IMG/VR virus record: IMGVR_UViG_3300009124_000002
Span: 32,001 to 96,000 of that record
From: a virus
Direction: 5' to 3' (one strand)
DNA length: 64,000 nt
Shown: positions 15,671-26,343 of the stretch, piece by piece
How the letters are laid out: each line of letters starts with the position of its first letter
How positions within the stretch are numbered: position 1 is the stretch's first letter
Made by a program: the position numbers and the translations under genes
Notes under the pieces: generated by a model
Seen by the model: the letters and a program-made list of their open reading frames with translations, nothing else
What the model was told of the DNA's origin: nothing
Databases searched by the model: none

Positions 15671-16342
15671 TTACGAAGATTTTTGTGCGGCTTTTCTGGT
15701 TCTCCTCGCAGGTTTTTTGGATTTTTCGGCTGCTTTCAACTCAGCTTCCTTGAGGAGAGCTTGGAGGTTTTCAAGATGGGCTTGCCTCTTTTCAAGACGT
15801 TCAAGAACCTCTTTGGTCCCCATCCAGAGATCCTTATTATCCAGCACGGACTTGATTTCATCCTGAGTCAAGAAACCATCGTATGCATCATGAAGAAGAT
15901 TCTCGCTCCACTTACGCTCATGAACAATGTTGTCATACATCTCTCCACCCTTACCAAGAGAACCACCAGAGTAATTGTGAATCATGAACATCGCATGAGG
16001 AGAGACTTCATATTCATGACCCATCAGGAAGAGCAGAGTTGCAGCAGACATGCACGCACCTTCAACGGCAATTTGAATTGTTGCCTCTGTCTCAGCAAGG
16101 ACATGAACAAATTGAATTGCAGTCCAGAGGTCACCACCGGGAGAGTTGATGTGAAGCTTTACTACATCAGTTGCATTTGCATTTCGAATCGTATGAAACC
16201 ACTCAGTATATTGGTCAGCAGATTCAATTGCTCCAGTAACGTAGAACTCATGAACATGACCATAGGTGTAACTAAAGTTGTTACTCTGACGCTTATTAAT
16301 GAGGTCCGCAACTGGATTAGATATATCAGAATTATTCATCAT
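15671..16342 (-). CDS. clpP: ClpP-like serine protease
   Basis: LHINSPGG, SAAT (Ser), FMIH (His), DLWM (Asp). Confidence 0.85.
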   Translation of the reverse strand: MMNNSDISNPVADLINKRQSNNFSYTYGHVHEFYVTGAIESADQYTEWFHTIRNANATDVVKLHINSPGGDLWTAIQFVHVLAETEATIQIAVEGACMSAATLLFLMGHEYEVSPHAMFMIHNYSGGSLGKGGEMYDNIVHERKWSENLLHDAYDGFLTQDEIKSVLDNKDLWMGTKEVLERLEKRQAHLENLQALLKEAELKAAEKSKKPARRTRKAAQKSS

Positions 16343-16455
16343 TTGAATTACGGGACTGTTTCTTATCTAGCCGTCTTTGGCGATCAAATTTGTCATATGA
16401 ATCGTCTCGGCGTGTCTTATCGCGCTTTTTGTTCTTCCATTTATTGTATCGTTGA

Positions 16456-17199
16456 TTACTCATTGATCAATGTCATAGGTTGTGTGTTCTTCTCTTCAAG
16501 TTCTTTGGTCATGATATAGTCTCTGACTATCCCACTACGACAGATATCTTCCCATCCAAAGCGAATGTGCTTGAAGTAATTCATCTTCTCAAGGATACTC
16601 AGAAATTTATTGATGCCTTCACGTTCATTATTACGAGTGAAGTCAGACTGGTAGTAGTCGCCAGCAAAGATGATTCGCGAACCTTCACCAATACGAGTGA
16701 TGACGGAATCCAATTCATGAAAGTTGCAGTTTTGCATTTCATCCACAATTACAATTGAATTTCGCAGAGTGATTCCACGAATGTAACTTGTTGTCATGAA
16801 GCGAATCACATCGCGTTCAGTCAGCATATGCCAAGCTTTGCCGTCTGCATAAAGTTCATTCACCACGTTCTCGTAAGGTGTGGTATATGCCGCTTCCTTT
16901 TCCTTTTGTGAACCGGGAAGGAATCCCATATCACGGGTGGGAACGACAGAACGAACAATGATGACCTTCTTTCGATACTGTGACTCCTTGGATTCAGACA
17001 GTGCTTGGTGAAGGGCAATGAATGTCTTACCGCAACCAGCAGCACCAGAAAGAATCATATTGTAACCTTTCTCGTAGTAACGAAAGAAGTCCTCCTGACC
17101 CTGAGAGAAAGGAGAGATATCAATCAACCTCTTTCTCCAAGAACCAGTGGATGCTCTCCCACTACTCTTAGTATCCTCCGACTGTTTTTTTGGTGCCAT
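16456..17199 (-). CDS. phoH: PhoH family ATPase
   Basis: GAAGCGKT, GFLPG, RGITL, VDEMQN, GDYYQSD. Confidence 0.95.
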   Translation of the reverse strand: MAPKKQSEDTKSSGRASTGSWRKRLIDISPFSQGQEDFFRYYEKGYNMILSGAAGCGKTFIALHQALSESKESQYRKKVIIVRSVVPTRDMGFLPGSQKEKEAAYTTPYENVVNELYADGKAWHMLTERDVIRFMTTSYIRGITLRNSIVIVDEMQNCNFHELDSVITRIGEGSRIIFAGDYYQSDFTRNNEREGINKFLSILEKMNYFKHIRFGWEDICRSGIVRDYIMTKELEEKNTQPMTLINE

Positions 17200-17452
17200 C
17201 TTTTAGTTTGTTTGGGTGTGCTCTCTGGATTTGCTCCATGCGATTTATGAAGTCGCTTCCTGCTCCCTGTCTTGCTCTTTGCTGAATAGTCTTTGCTCCA
17301 GCATAGGACATATAAGGGGCAGCAATACCACGCTTCACTGAATGTGCTGCACACTGAGGGCAGGGTCTTTCGGTTGGAATGTCACGGTTAATAATCTGAT
17401 TGTTTTCTTCAAATTCATAACCGCATTTTTCACAGTGATAGTCGTATATCAT
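17168..17452 (-). CDS. FmdB-like zinc ribbon protein
   Basis: YDYHCEKCG...CPQC. Confidence 0.8.
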   Translation of the reverse strand: MIYDYHCEKCGYEFEENNQIINRDIPTERPCPQCAAHSVKRGIAAPYMSYAGAKTIQQRARQGAGSDFINRMEQIQRAHPNKLKDGTKKTVGGY

Positions 17453-17648
17453 TTCGAAATCATGCTTTCAAGTTTACAAACGACATCAGTGAGTCGTTTG
17501 AGTTTTGCGTGGTAGAAGGGTATGTTTTCATGATCATCATCTTTCTCAAGGCGACGAATATAGTGTTGAGTTTTCTCCAAATCCTCTTTGAGACGTTTTA
17601 GTTGGGATAGAATCATAATAACCAGAGCCTTTGCTACACTGGCATTAT

Positions 17649-18098
17649 TTATTGCTTCTCCTGAATCAGAGTAGGGAAGGCACGACTCACCAAGGCAGGA
17701 GTCAATGCTGAATACAACTTGTTCAGCTTCTTATCCTTAATGGCAATAATAATGTCAGCATCCTTGTGATGCATTGCCTCTAGCATCTGAATGAATTTAA
17801 TTTCTTTTCTTGCTCTTGGGAGTTTGGATTGCTTGACCAAATGCTTGAGTTCCTTGATAAGTTTATCAATACGACCAGCACTGAACTCAGGAGGATTCTT
17901 ATCCTTCTTGTAAGGCGCATCTCCTTCAGGAAGGTCAAACTCAATCCAATCATTGAAGTTAACCTGAAGGATAGTCTTGAGAGTAAACGATTCATTTTCC
18001 TTGAGAACCGCGATACGGTCGCTCATGGCACGAACTGCCTGAACCTTCTCAAAGATTTCGTGGGGGAACAGCTTTAGTGGGTTTACTTTTTTATTCAT
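17649..18098 (-). CDS. conserved T4-like hypothetical protein
   Basis: LPEG..PY...RKE..FIQMLE..H..DA pattern; usual neighbour of RNase H. Confidence 0.75.
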   Translation of the reverse strand: MNKKVNPLKLFPHEIFEKVQAVRAMSDRIAVLKENESFTLKTILQVNFNDWIEFDLPEGDAPYKKDKNPPEFSAGRIDKLIKELKHLVKQSKLPRARKEIKFIQMLEAMHHKDADIIIAIKDKKLNKLYSALTPALVSRAFPTLIQEKQ

Positions 18099-18100
18099 TA

Positions 18101-18967
18101 TTAATTTGTGTAGAAATCTTGGACGCTTTCAATCAGCATATTGCATCGCTTCTCGACAAGGTAACCAAAGATCTTTGCATTATTCTTATTTGCTTCGGAA
18201 TTATATAGTTTATGAATATCATCACGTATCTCATTCGGAGTGTGCTCAAGCTCAATGAGTTGCTTGTTGCGATAGAAGTTGCGATACTCCTCCTTGGAGA
18301 TTTCATTCTCCAGCATACCACGATTGAATGCCTCATACATCTCTTCAATCTTCTTGGCACGAAGTGGACGCTGCCGCTTGTTCTCCACAAAGGTATCATC
18401 AGGACTCAGCATATTAGGAACACCATCGCCGGTGTCGCCTTTGCAGATATGCTCAAAGAGATAGTAGTGAGGATCCTCAACAGTAATAAAGTCGCGCTTC
18501 ATGGGAGAGAACTGCTTGACATTATTGAAACGATGAAGCTGGAGGAAGTCCTTGTCGCTTGATACGATCAAGACAGGTTCGTTCTGACCAAACTCCTGAG
18601 TCTTCTTGACTAACTCACCGATGACATCGTCTGCCTCTGCTCCATTTACATGCAATACTCGATATGGAAAGGATTCCCGCAACTCATCACGGACCATACC
18701 AATTAGGTTGAAGAACTTGCTCCAGTCTAGAGGTGATTGGTCTCGCGTTTTCTTTCGCGCTGCTTTGTATTGAGGAAACCTTTCCTTGCGCCAAGAAAAT
18801 GAATCGCAGGCAATAACCATCTCACCATACTCTTCGCGAAATTGCACATTGTAACGCCGAATGCTATTCAGTATCATGTGACGAATCAAACCTTCTTCAA
18901 TTTCTTCAGGACGATCTTGAGAGAAGATCGACGCCACGGCAATACCACTGTAGTCTAGGATTATCAT
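18101..18967 (-). CDS. rnh: T4-like RNase H (5'-3' exonuclease)
   Basis: WRK..FP.YKA.R, EADD, SSDKDFLQL, GDTGDGVPN. Confidence 0.95.
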   Translation of the reverse strand: MIILDYSGIAVASIFSQDRPEEIEEGLIRHMILNSIRRYNVQFREEYGEMVIACDSFSWRKERFPQYKAARKKTRDQSPLDWSKFFNLIGMVRDELRESFPYRVLHVNGAEADDVIGELVKKTQEFGQNEPVLIVSSDKDFLQLHRFNNVKQFSPMKRDFITVEDPHYYLFEHICKGDTGDGVPNMLSPDDTFVENKRQRPLRAKKIEEMYEAFNRGMLENEISKEEYRNFYRNKQLIELEHTPNEIRDDIHKLYNSEANKNNAKIFGYLVEKRCNMLIESVQDFYTN

Positions 18968-18977
18968 AGTGCGTCTA

Positions 18978-19424
18978 TTATACAGTGTTCTTTTCGGCAA
19001 GTAAAGCGACTTTTTCTGAATACTTAAAAAGGTGCTTTTTTGTAACCTTGAGGGATATCCATGAATTGTAGTAATTCTTGTCAAGCAAAACTCCACGGTC
19101 GATCTGCTCCTTAGCCTCTAGATAAGCGCACTCAGATTTGCTGGAACACAAGTGAAGAATCTCTCGAGAAAAGTTATGCTCACCAGCAATCTGGATATCT
19201 TTCTGCAATTCATCATTAGAACCCCAATACTCTTGCCAATTCGACTCATACAGCTTTCGGGTCGTCTTGCCATTGACTTTGCGGCTCTTCATTGCCCAGA
19301 AGAACTTCTTCCCAACATACTGCCTACCATCAATCAGATTGGTGATGAGATACACAAACCCATACAGCTCCTTTCTATCAGGAGTTGCCGAGTAAACTTC
19401 ATTCTTATAAGTCCATTCCACCAT
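18978..19424 (-). CDS. GIY-YIG endonuclease-like protein
   Basis: GFVYLITN...YVGKK, YWGS, YYN. Confidence 0.8.
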   Translation of the reverse strand: MVEWTYKNEVYSATPDRKELYGFVYLITNLIDGRQYVGKKFFWAMKSRKVNGKTTRKLYESNWQEYWGSNDELQKDIQIAGEHNFSREILHLCSSKSECAYLEAKEQIDRGVLLDKNYYNSWISLKVTKKHLFKYSEKVALLAEKNTV

Positions 19425-19481
19425 TGTCTTGCCTTGACTTTTAATGTATAATCGATTCGTGAGCCAAAGGAACTCTAAGGT

Positions 19482-20132
19482 TCAAGTTGATTGAAGATTA
19501 ATACGTTCCCTTATGTGTCTCTTTCCAATAGGTCCAGTCCAGTGAATGATCTTTGCATCATGGTTGAAACCACGTTTTTTGATATCAAGTCTCAACCATT
19601 GGTATTTTGCTGGCATTTCATTGACATATTCTTTTGTATTTTTGATCAAGGCATAAAGTGCCTCTTGATCCCCTCTGTCAATTCCCAAAAGAGACCTTTT
19701 GGTCCACCTTTCTAGAATTTTGGGTTTATCTTTAAATACAACAACACCACTCTGCCAATATGCCCAATTATGTGCATATGAGTATGGATCTGGTGTTAAT
19801 GCTAATTTTTCATCTTTGGCATATTGAAAGATTTCACTAAATGGTTTTAATACCTCACAGTCGATGTCCAACCAACAGGTATACTTATATGGGCTAGAGA
19901 GCATGGCTTTAGGTTTCATAAACCATGTTTTCTTATCAGCTATCTTACTGACTGATATGAATTCTACATCATCTTTGAAGCGTTCTTTCATTTCAGGTGT
20001 CAGACCAAAATCAGCAACAACAATTGGAGTCTTTGGCATATGCCGTTTGACATTCATAAACCACCAAGGCAATAACCAGAATTGATGTGCATCACATCCA
20101 GTCAGAATACATCTATCGGATAAAGAGGACAT
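19482..20132 (-). CDS. GT-A glycosyltransferase
   Basis: WLDIDCEV DxD motif, GDQE, IIHWTG. Confidence 0.75.
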   Translation of the reverse strand: MSSLSDRCILTGCDAHQFWLLPWWFMNVKRHMPKTPIVVADFGLTPEMKERFKDDVEFISVSKIADKKTWFMKPKAMLSSPYKYTCWLDIDCEVLKPFSEIFQYAKDEKLALTPDPYSYAHNWAYWQSGVVVFKDKPKILERWTKRSLLGIDRGDQEALYALIKNTKEYVNEMPAKYQWLRLDIKKRGFNHDAKIIHWTGPIGKRHIRERINLQST

Positions 20133-20832
20133 CTTTGTTCTTTCTTGCTATCTGCTTATACCCATATGACTTCATCAGAGAAAGACACTCTTTATTCTTT
20201 TGAATATCTTCTTTTGAAAGTCGATTTCTGAACGTGGAGTTGAAAATCTCAAGAACTATCGCTGGTCTCTCCCTGTCAATGGTTTCCTTTGCCCCCTCAA
20301 GGAATTCAAGTTCATGACCTTCAATGTCCACCTTAATGAAGCTGATGTTTTTGATGTTTAGGTCATCCAGTTTTACAAATTCAACGATTGCAAACCCATG
20401 ATCGTCTTTGTTTATCTTATTAAACTGCCCTTGTCCCCTTACGGCTTCAAGATGAGAATCAGATGATGGAAAGTTGATTGCCATTTCCCCAGCCGAATTC
20501 GACAACGCAAGTTTCTTCAATTCAACATTGTTAAGATCGTTTACACGAACCAACTCTTTGAGAATTTCTTGATTGATTGCAACAGGTTCAAAACCAATAA
20601 CATGGACCTTACCTCCATGTAATCTTGAGAATGGGAGAATCTTTGATCCAATATTTGCACCAACATCGAGAATGACTGTGTTTGGTTTGCTATACTGTTC
20701 TGCCCACTTATCAATCCACGGTTGATACTCACCAAGATTCTCTAGGGCTTTGATGATGTCTTTATCAGAAGACCTATCATAAATCTCTTGTGGAACAACG
20801 TATAGACCTGATGGTGTTGAAATCTGTTTCAT
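20113..20832 (-). CDS. FkbM family methyltransferase
   Basis: LDVGANIG, FEP, IKVDIEGHE. Confidence 0.9.
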   Translation of the reverse strand: MKQISTPSGLYVVPQEIYDRSSDKDIIKALENLGEYQPWIDKWAEQYSKPNTVILDVGANIGSKILPFSRLHGGKVHVIGFEPVAINQEILKELVRVNDLNNVELKKLALSNSAGEMAINFPSSDSHLEAVRGQGQFNKINKDDHGFAIVEFVKLDDLNIKNISFIKVDIEGHELEFLEGAKETIDRERPAIVLEIFNSTFRNRLSKEDIQKNKECLSLMKSYGYKQIARKNKDVLFIR

Positions 20833-21668
20833 AGTAATGCTCTGATTTGGGCATAAAGTTCGTCAATTGATATACAGACTTTACTTATACCTCTCAACCA
20901 GTCTCGCATCAAATCTTCCTTCGGCATCTTGACATTTTCAATATCAGAAATTGTAGACGAACAAACAGGAGAAGCAACGCAAGAACGCAAAGTGATTGTT
21001 GGAATACCACAAAGTATTGATTCAAGACCTGCCACGCTTCCCCAACTGACAGTGCAATGAATATCACCCACCTCTAACCTTTTCCAAAATTGATTCTTAA
21101 TGAATCTCTCTCTTGCTCCCTTTGTGGGGAATCCTCGAAACTCAATTTCCCGGTCTGTATATTTGCGGATCTCCTGAGTTATCTCTTCTGAAAGGGCATT
21201 GATATCAATATTGTGATAGGTGCAAGCAACATGACCCGGTAGAGCAACAAGTATCTTATTGCCCCTTTTGAATTTAACTGGAGAAACACCTAGATTTCTA
21301 AGACGATCATCACTGTTGTATCGTATGAATTCGCAATGCTGAATGTCATTAGGAACAAGGCGAAACCACTTCTTGTATTTTGCATAACCAGATGTTTGAA
21401 ATGGTGCATTGACATTGCCGAGATATGCTGAGTCTAGTGTGTAGAAGGGTCTTCCGACTCTCCAGCACTCTTTGATTACTTCCATTTTTTGAGGGCAAGC
21501 ACCAAACATCACGATAGGATCATTTGATTCATGCACACGTTCTGGCGGGAAGTCGTCCTGTTTCGTTAAAGGATGACTCAGATGAGTGGCAATCTTGTGT
21601 ATCCGAGAACCTTTGTTGCCAAGTAATATCATAGGTAATTCTTCACTCCCTCTTTTATGTAGTCCCAA
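20829..21668 (-). CDS. GT-B protein, capsule-synthesis (KpsS/KpsC)-like
   Basis: DSAYLG...IRKYTDREIEFR...SVAGLESILCGIP. Confidence 0.5.
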   Translation of the reverse strand: MGLHKRGSEELPMILLGNKGSRIHKIATHLSHPLTKQDDFPPERVHESNDPIVMFGACPQKMEVIKECWRVGRPFYTLDSAYLGNVNAPFQTSGYAKYKKWFRLVPNDIQHCEFIRYNSDDRLRNLGVSPVKFKRGNKILVALPGHVACTYHNIDINALSEEITQEIRKYTDREIEFRGFPTKGARERFIKNQFWKRLEVGDIHCTVSWGSVAGLESILCGIPTITLRSCVASPVCSSTISDIENVKMPKEDLMRDWLRGISKVCISIDELYAQIRALL

Positions 21669-22579
21669 TACAGACCCGATTCAACTTCCTCGATTGTGAA
21701 GTGTGTCTTTTTGTATTTGCGTAAAAGACCTTCTGCATCATTCGTTGTCTCTTCTTCGTATGATTTTGGGGAGAAGTTATATGCAAATGCAGATGGATGT
21801 GACACAACGGTTCTCTTTCCCATGACAATAGACTCACAAGATGCTGATGAGCTACTGAAGATATGAGTTGCTTTATTTGAAGATAGCGACTCCATAAACG
21901 TCCCCTTTTGTGGAAGCAGAAAGTTTACTTTTGGAAACTCGTTCTTGATCTTATCGTAGTAAATGTGGTCAACTTCTCGGGTAAAACTCCTGAAAGTCCT
22001 TCTTGCCTTTGCTGATGTGTTGCCGGGGTGAACTCGTATGGTGATATGAGTTGCTTTTAGATCACGAATCAATTCATATGCCCACTTAAATTGGTCTACG
22101 CCACAACGACCATAACCCCCCAGACGATTCAAATTGATGACGACCAAACCATCTTTAGTCTTCTGTGGTTTACTAATTTTCAAATTTGAAAAAGCATTGT
22201 TTCTTTCTTCGGGTATATTCTCTAGGAAATACTCAGCTTCATGGTCATATACTGAACGAAACGGAAAACGAGCGACATACATTTCGCCATTCAAATCTTT
22301 GAGAACATCATTCTCAAAGAAGAATAGGTTCTTGTTTCCATTCATGAATATGTTCTTTCTATATTGCATGTATGGAATAAGGTCATCTTCTGGTGCGTGT
22401 AAGTCAACAAAGGAGAACATTAGACCAATGTCCGATTTAACATAGTCAATATCATTTGATTCTACAACAGAAACGCCATGTTTTTTTGCGCCAGCAATGA
22501 ATGCATTTATCCCACCAACCTTATGTTTATGATATAAAGCTTTATTGGGTATTGTTCTTTTGTAGACTACAAGTTTCAA
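21629..22579 (-). CDS. GT-B protein, capsule-synthesis-like
   Basis: IRVHP...SSSASCESIVMGK. Confidence 0.45.
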   Translation of the reverse strand: MKLVVYKRTIPNKALYHKHKVGGINAFIAGAKKHGVSVVESNDIDYVKSDIGLMFSFVDLHAPEDDLIPYMQYRKNIFMNGNKNLFFFENDVLKDLNGEMYVARFPFRSVYDHEAEYFLENIPEERNNAFSNLKISKPQKTKDGLVVINLNRLGGYGRCGVDQFKWAYELIRDLKATHITIRVHPGNTSAKARRTFRSFTREVDHIYYDKIKNEFPKVNFLLPQKGTFMESLSSNKATHIFSSSSASCESIVMGKRTVVSHPSAFAYNFSPKSYEEETTNDAEGLLRKYKKTHFTIEEVESGLYWDYIKEGVKNYL

Positions 22580-22580
22580 A

Positions 22581-23432
22581 TCAATGGAGAGACATATGTT
22601 GCAGTTTCATGATCTTGGGTAAGAGATTCTTAAATTCATTCATACTGAATTCATTTGATGCTAATGAACCAACCCATCGATTAAAGCGGTCATCATCTGG
22701 GTAGTATATATCATCAAGTGACTCATACACTTTATCTATGCACCCAGATACTGGATTCGATAAGCTAAACGAATCTGATATGACGGGAACGCCATGTTTT
22801 AATGAGTCTAGTCCAGTTAGTGATTGTGACGTAACAGTGAGACAGGCATTGTCCAACATAGATTCAAACGGGATACTTTTTTTTGCTCTATCCTGATAGG
22901 TTCTTACTACAAAAGGTTTACCTAAAGGCTCAAGGTTTCGCTTCACCTTTTCAAGCCAGTCTGAAATTTTAAAGCCATGACTAACCGCAATATATTCGGA
23001 TGGAACCACTACAAGTATGTAATCCCCACCCGGTTTTCTATGCACATATTCAACTCCAGTATCTCCAACAATTTGTTTGGTGATGCAACTTAAACGGGTA
23101 TTGTTTATAGTAAACGAGTATTTGGCAGACTGTTTGTTAATACCACGTTTATGGCGAGAGTATAGATATCCATTATCCACATAAATGAAATTGATTTGTT
23201 GTTGTAGCAACTTATTAATGATAGGGCAAACTCCAAAATGCCCAAACATAAAGTATATTGCGTCTTTTTTATAGTCTAAGTTTGGATGCGCATTCCAAGT
23301 CGCGCCTTTTACAAGTGGAGTATTGGGGGTTATTAGTTTGGTCTCCTTAGCACCACTGAGGCGTAGAAAACAGTTTACTAGTTTTAATTTTCTGCTTCTT
23401 TGATTTGAATTTGCTAAAGCGATTAGTTTCAC
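22581..23432 (-). CDS. GT-B protein, capsule-synthesis-like
   Basis: VDNGYL...YILVV...SLTGLDSLKHGVPV. Confidence 0.5.
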   Translation of the reverse strand: MKLIALANSNQRSRKLKLVNCFLRLSGAKETKLITPNTPLVKGATWNAHPNLDYKKDAIYFMFGHFGVCPIINKLLQQQINFIYVDNGYLYSRHKRGINKQSAKYSFTINNTRLSCITKQIVGDTGVEYVHRKPGGDYILVVVPSEYIAVSHGFKISDWLEKVKRNLEPLGKPFVVRTYQDRAKKSIPFESMLDNACLTVTSQSLTGLDSLKHGVPVISDSFSLSNPVSGCIDKVYESLDDIYYPDDDRFNRWVGSLASNEFSMNEFKNLLPKIMKLQHMSLH

Positions 23433-24094
23433 TCAGGCAACATCTCCTTATAGTATTCATACCACTCTTCTGAGTAGTCAGTATCGCGAAACTCCTTAAA
23501 CCAAGGTCCACCCTCAGTGTAGTGGATGTTATGAACATCAGATTTGGTTTCATACTCACCAGCAAGCCAGTTCCATTCCAGAGGAATGTCCCCGATTAGT
23601 TTCTCTGATTCCAACCATTTGAATTGATGTAGTTGTAATCCGGTAGCAGTGTTCACATACTCAGGAGTCAGGTTCCAACACTTCTCGCAGTTCATGAGCA
23701 TGAAGGATGACCAGTTCTTCTTCTCATACTTGGTCTGAACCTGTCCGAGAAACTTCTTCTCTGACTTGGGAGTATAATCATGCTTACAGACTTGAATTGC
23801 ATACTTGTCATCACGCAAGTCCCATAGTTTTGAAATGTCTGAAACCGTGAGCATATCACAATCCATAAACAGTGCCCACCCCTTGTAGTTCATCAGGTGG
23901 GGGACCATGAATCGACTGAATGAAAACTCAGTAGATGAGAGTGCATTGCGCTCCCGTGTGAAGACATCATGAAGGTTGTTCAGTGCAATGGGAGTTATCG
24001 CAAGAGGCTTGGTGCTGTTCTTAATCAGACTCCATGAAAGAGTGTTGTAAGCAGCACGTTCCTTGCTATCAAATCCAATGAATATGTTGATCAT
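23429..24094 (-). CDS. GT-A glycosyltransferase
   Basis: IFIGFD, STEFSFSRF, FMDCDML, KNWSS, HYTEGGPW. Confidence 0.85.
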   Translation of the reverse strand: MINIFIGFDSKERAAYNTLSWSLIKNSTKPLAITPIALNNLHDVFTRERNALSSTEFSFSRFMVPHLMNYKGWALFMDCDMLTVSDISKLWDLRDDKYAIQVCKHDYTPKSEKKFLGQVQTKYEKKNWSSFMLMNCEKCWNLTPEYVNTATGLQLHQFKWLESEKLIGDIPLEWNWLAGEYETKSDVHNIHYTEGGPWFKEFRDTDYSEEWYEYYKEMLPE

Positions 24095-24705
24095 ATCTTT
24101 TTATTTACAAAGACCATGCCAGTATCGACCATGAAGGAGATACCTTTCTTCCTCATTGACTTTACAATTGGCATGGTGGAGTTGCTTCTAAGTGATTCTG
24201 TTAAGACCTTTGATTGGTAAAGATGATACTCTTTAAATTTATCTATCCAATAAGATGCTTCTTGACAGTTGACATGGTGATACCCCTTTTTACCCGGCAA
24301 AGCATGAGTCATAACAACATATTTGCATCTTTTCATGATGTCTACGTAGTTTGGTATATATTGCTGATCTACGTGTTCTACAAACTCAACACACCAACAA
24401 ACATCATACAAGTTAAGCGGAAGTTCCTTCACGGTCCCTTTGGTGAAATCATGAATAATGAATTTTGATTCATCAAATCTTTTGATGGTGAAGTCGCCAT
24501 CAATACCAACAACATGATTAAATCCAACTTTTAATGCCTCTTCGACCATTCCACCGGGACCACATCCAAGGTCACAAAATGACTGGCATTCTAATTCATT
24601 ATGCAACCAAGTTAAAGCCCCTCGGTCAATATGAGTTAGATTAGAATGACCGCCGAGATGTTTTCCTAATTTAGAACCATCCATATCTTTTCTTGACTTC
24701 TTCAT
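24091..24705 (-). CDS. class I SAM-dependent methyltransferase
   Basis: DLGCGPG, EFVEH, GYHHVN. Confidence 0.85.
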   Translation of the reverse strand: MKKSRKDMDGSKLGKHLGGHSNLTHIDRGALTWLHNELECQSFCDLGCGPGGMVEEALKVGFNHVVGIDGDFTIKRFDESKFIIHDFTKGTVKELPLNLYDVCWCVEFVEHVDQQYIPNYVDIMKRCKYVVMTHALPGKKGYHHVNCQEASYWIDKFKEYHLYQSKVLTESLRSNSTMPIVKSMRKKGISFMVDTGMVFVNKKI

Positions 24706-25612
24706 AGCACTTCATTAGATGATTTATAGGTTTAAATGAAAGAATTTCTTTTTTGTTCCACTGCGTATAAGCAAGGTTATGCAGCCATTGTGCCCTATCA
24801 AATTCAACAATATCATTTTCAATGCTTGAGAGGTCATGATTAGAAACCTCCCAAGCCATACAAGATGGACAAGTAGACCAAGTTGGGATTCCTTCGCAAA
24901 CACTTTCTGTCAGTGTGTTTGATGACATTCCGACCACGGCGAAGGCTCCAGCAAAATCTTCATACAATCCTCTTCCTCCCCATCCTTGTTTAGTGTGGAC
25001 CCCATCATAATTAGAACTTATCTCCAGACCATCAATTTCAAGTCTATTGATAAGATCAAGTTGCCGCTGAATAAAACAGGATGCAATAGGATGAAGTCTT
25101 ATTCGTATCTTTCTGTCAGTGTGTCTTCGTATCTCCCTCAAGACTGAATCCAAATATCTAAAGTATTTCTCTGAACTATATTGCCCACCCTCCCATGCTA
25201 TCTTCATTAAGGCACTATCTTCTGGCTTTTGGAGAATGAATAGAATATACCCATCATCTGGACGACACCAATCCTTGATGTCGATATTGAGATCCTCCTT
25301 AATTTTATTCCATCTATCCGGTGGGCAGTCTTTGTTATTATATTCTCCATCATCTCTGGTATATGAATTCCATGAAAATCTATAATAATACTCTTTACCT
25401 AATCCAATTTGCCTAAATGCCGGACTTTCAAAAACAATGACTGGCTTTCTTGATTCTCTTATGGTATCAATGCTGACTTGCTCTTCATAATTCTTTCCCT
25501 TTATGTTATGCTGTAACCAAACATCAACATCGTCTGCCGCCGTCGCCTGTTTAATATCTGGTGGGAGAATTCTTTGGATTCTTTTCTTTAAATGTAAGTA
25601 ACCAAACCTCAT
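24671..25612 (-). CDS. GT-B protein, capsule-synthesis-like
   Basis: LQKPED, IRRHTDRKIRIRLHP, SSNTLTESVCEGIP. Confidence 0.55.
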   Translation of the reverse strand: MRFGYLHLKKRIQRILPPDIKQATAADDVDVWLQHNIKGKNYEEQVSIDTIRESRKPVIVFESPAFRQIGLGKEYYYRFSWNSYTRDDGEYNNKDCPPDRWNKIKEDLNIDIKDWCRPDDGYILFILQKPEDSALMKIAWEGGQYSSEKYFRYLDSVLREIRRHTDRKIRIRLHPIASCFIQRQLDLINRLEIDGLEISSNYDGVHTKQGWGGRGLYEDFAGAFAVVGMSSNTLTESVCEGIPTWSTCPSCMAWEVSNHDLSSIENDIVEFDRAQWLHNLAYTQWNKKEILSFKPINHLMKCYEEVKKRYGWF

Positions 25613-26343
25613 GTTACGAGATACTTATTTTCTGGACTCCTGAGATTGTCTTTTCTCTTGCCTTTGCAATGGTCATAGATTGAACCAAGGACACTCCATG
25701 CTTGAACATGACCAGTCCCTTTCCCTTTGAAGTTTTTCTTAGTGAATCCAATATTGTGATTTTTCACACCATGCTTTTTTTCAAATTCAATCCTCACTTG
25801 GTCAACAACATAACTATCATGCCACTCACGAAGTTGGTATATTTCATCGTTTGAATACATGTCCTGTAATCTCCTCGCCCATGATTTGGTTTGCTCATGA
25901 TTCGTATTGAAGTAAAGGAATCCGCATTCCGAATACTTTCTAATCCTACCAAGATATGCCATCATGCATTCGTCTTTATGGATATTTGAACTAACCCACT
26001 CATGGTCTATTGGTTTATAGAACACACTATCGGCATCAATGTAGATAACTCCATCATAGTCAGTTCTATTCAAGATCAGGTCAGTGTAACCATACACTTT
26101 GTAGCAAAATCTAACCCCATCGTAAAGAAATGACTCTACAGGCTTATCCTTGTTTCTCTCGACAAACTCTTTACATTCTGGAACATCTTTGAATAGGTTT
26201 ACCGTCTTCCCCTTTGGGGCAATCCAATCTGCATCCTCCGTATATGTAAACAGATCAAAATCCCAATTGTATGTTTCATAGAACTTATGACCATAGTAGT
26301 CATAGAGTTTCTTATTCAGTGATGTTACAACTGCAATCTTCAT
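25609..26343 (-). CDS. GT-A glycosyltransferase
   Basis: RFCYKVY, YIDADS, SECGF, EWHDS. Confidence 0.75.
   Translation of the reverse strand: MKIAVVTSLNKKLYDYYGHKFYETYNWDFDLFTYTEDADWIAPKGKTVNLFKDVPECKEFVERNKDKPVESFLYDGVRFCYKVYGYTDLILNRTDYDGVIYIDADSVFYKPIDHEWVSSNIHKDECMMAYLGRIRKYSECGFLYFNTNHEQTKSWARRLQDMYSNDEIYQLREWHDSYVVDQVRIEFEKKHGVKNHNIGFTKKNFKGKGTGHVQAWSVLGSIYDHCKGKRKDNLRSPENKYLVT

Noticed and set aside
15653-16519. 288-aa plus-strand ORF and similar long antisense ORFs (32893, 38800, 61526, 62249)
   Set aside because: They are antisense shadows of well-supported minus-strand genes
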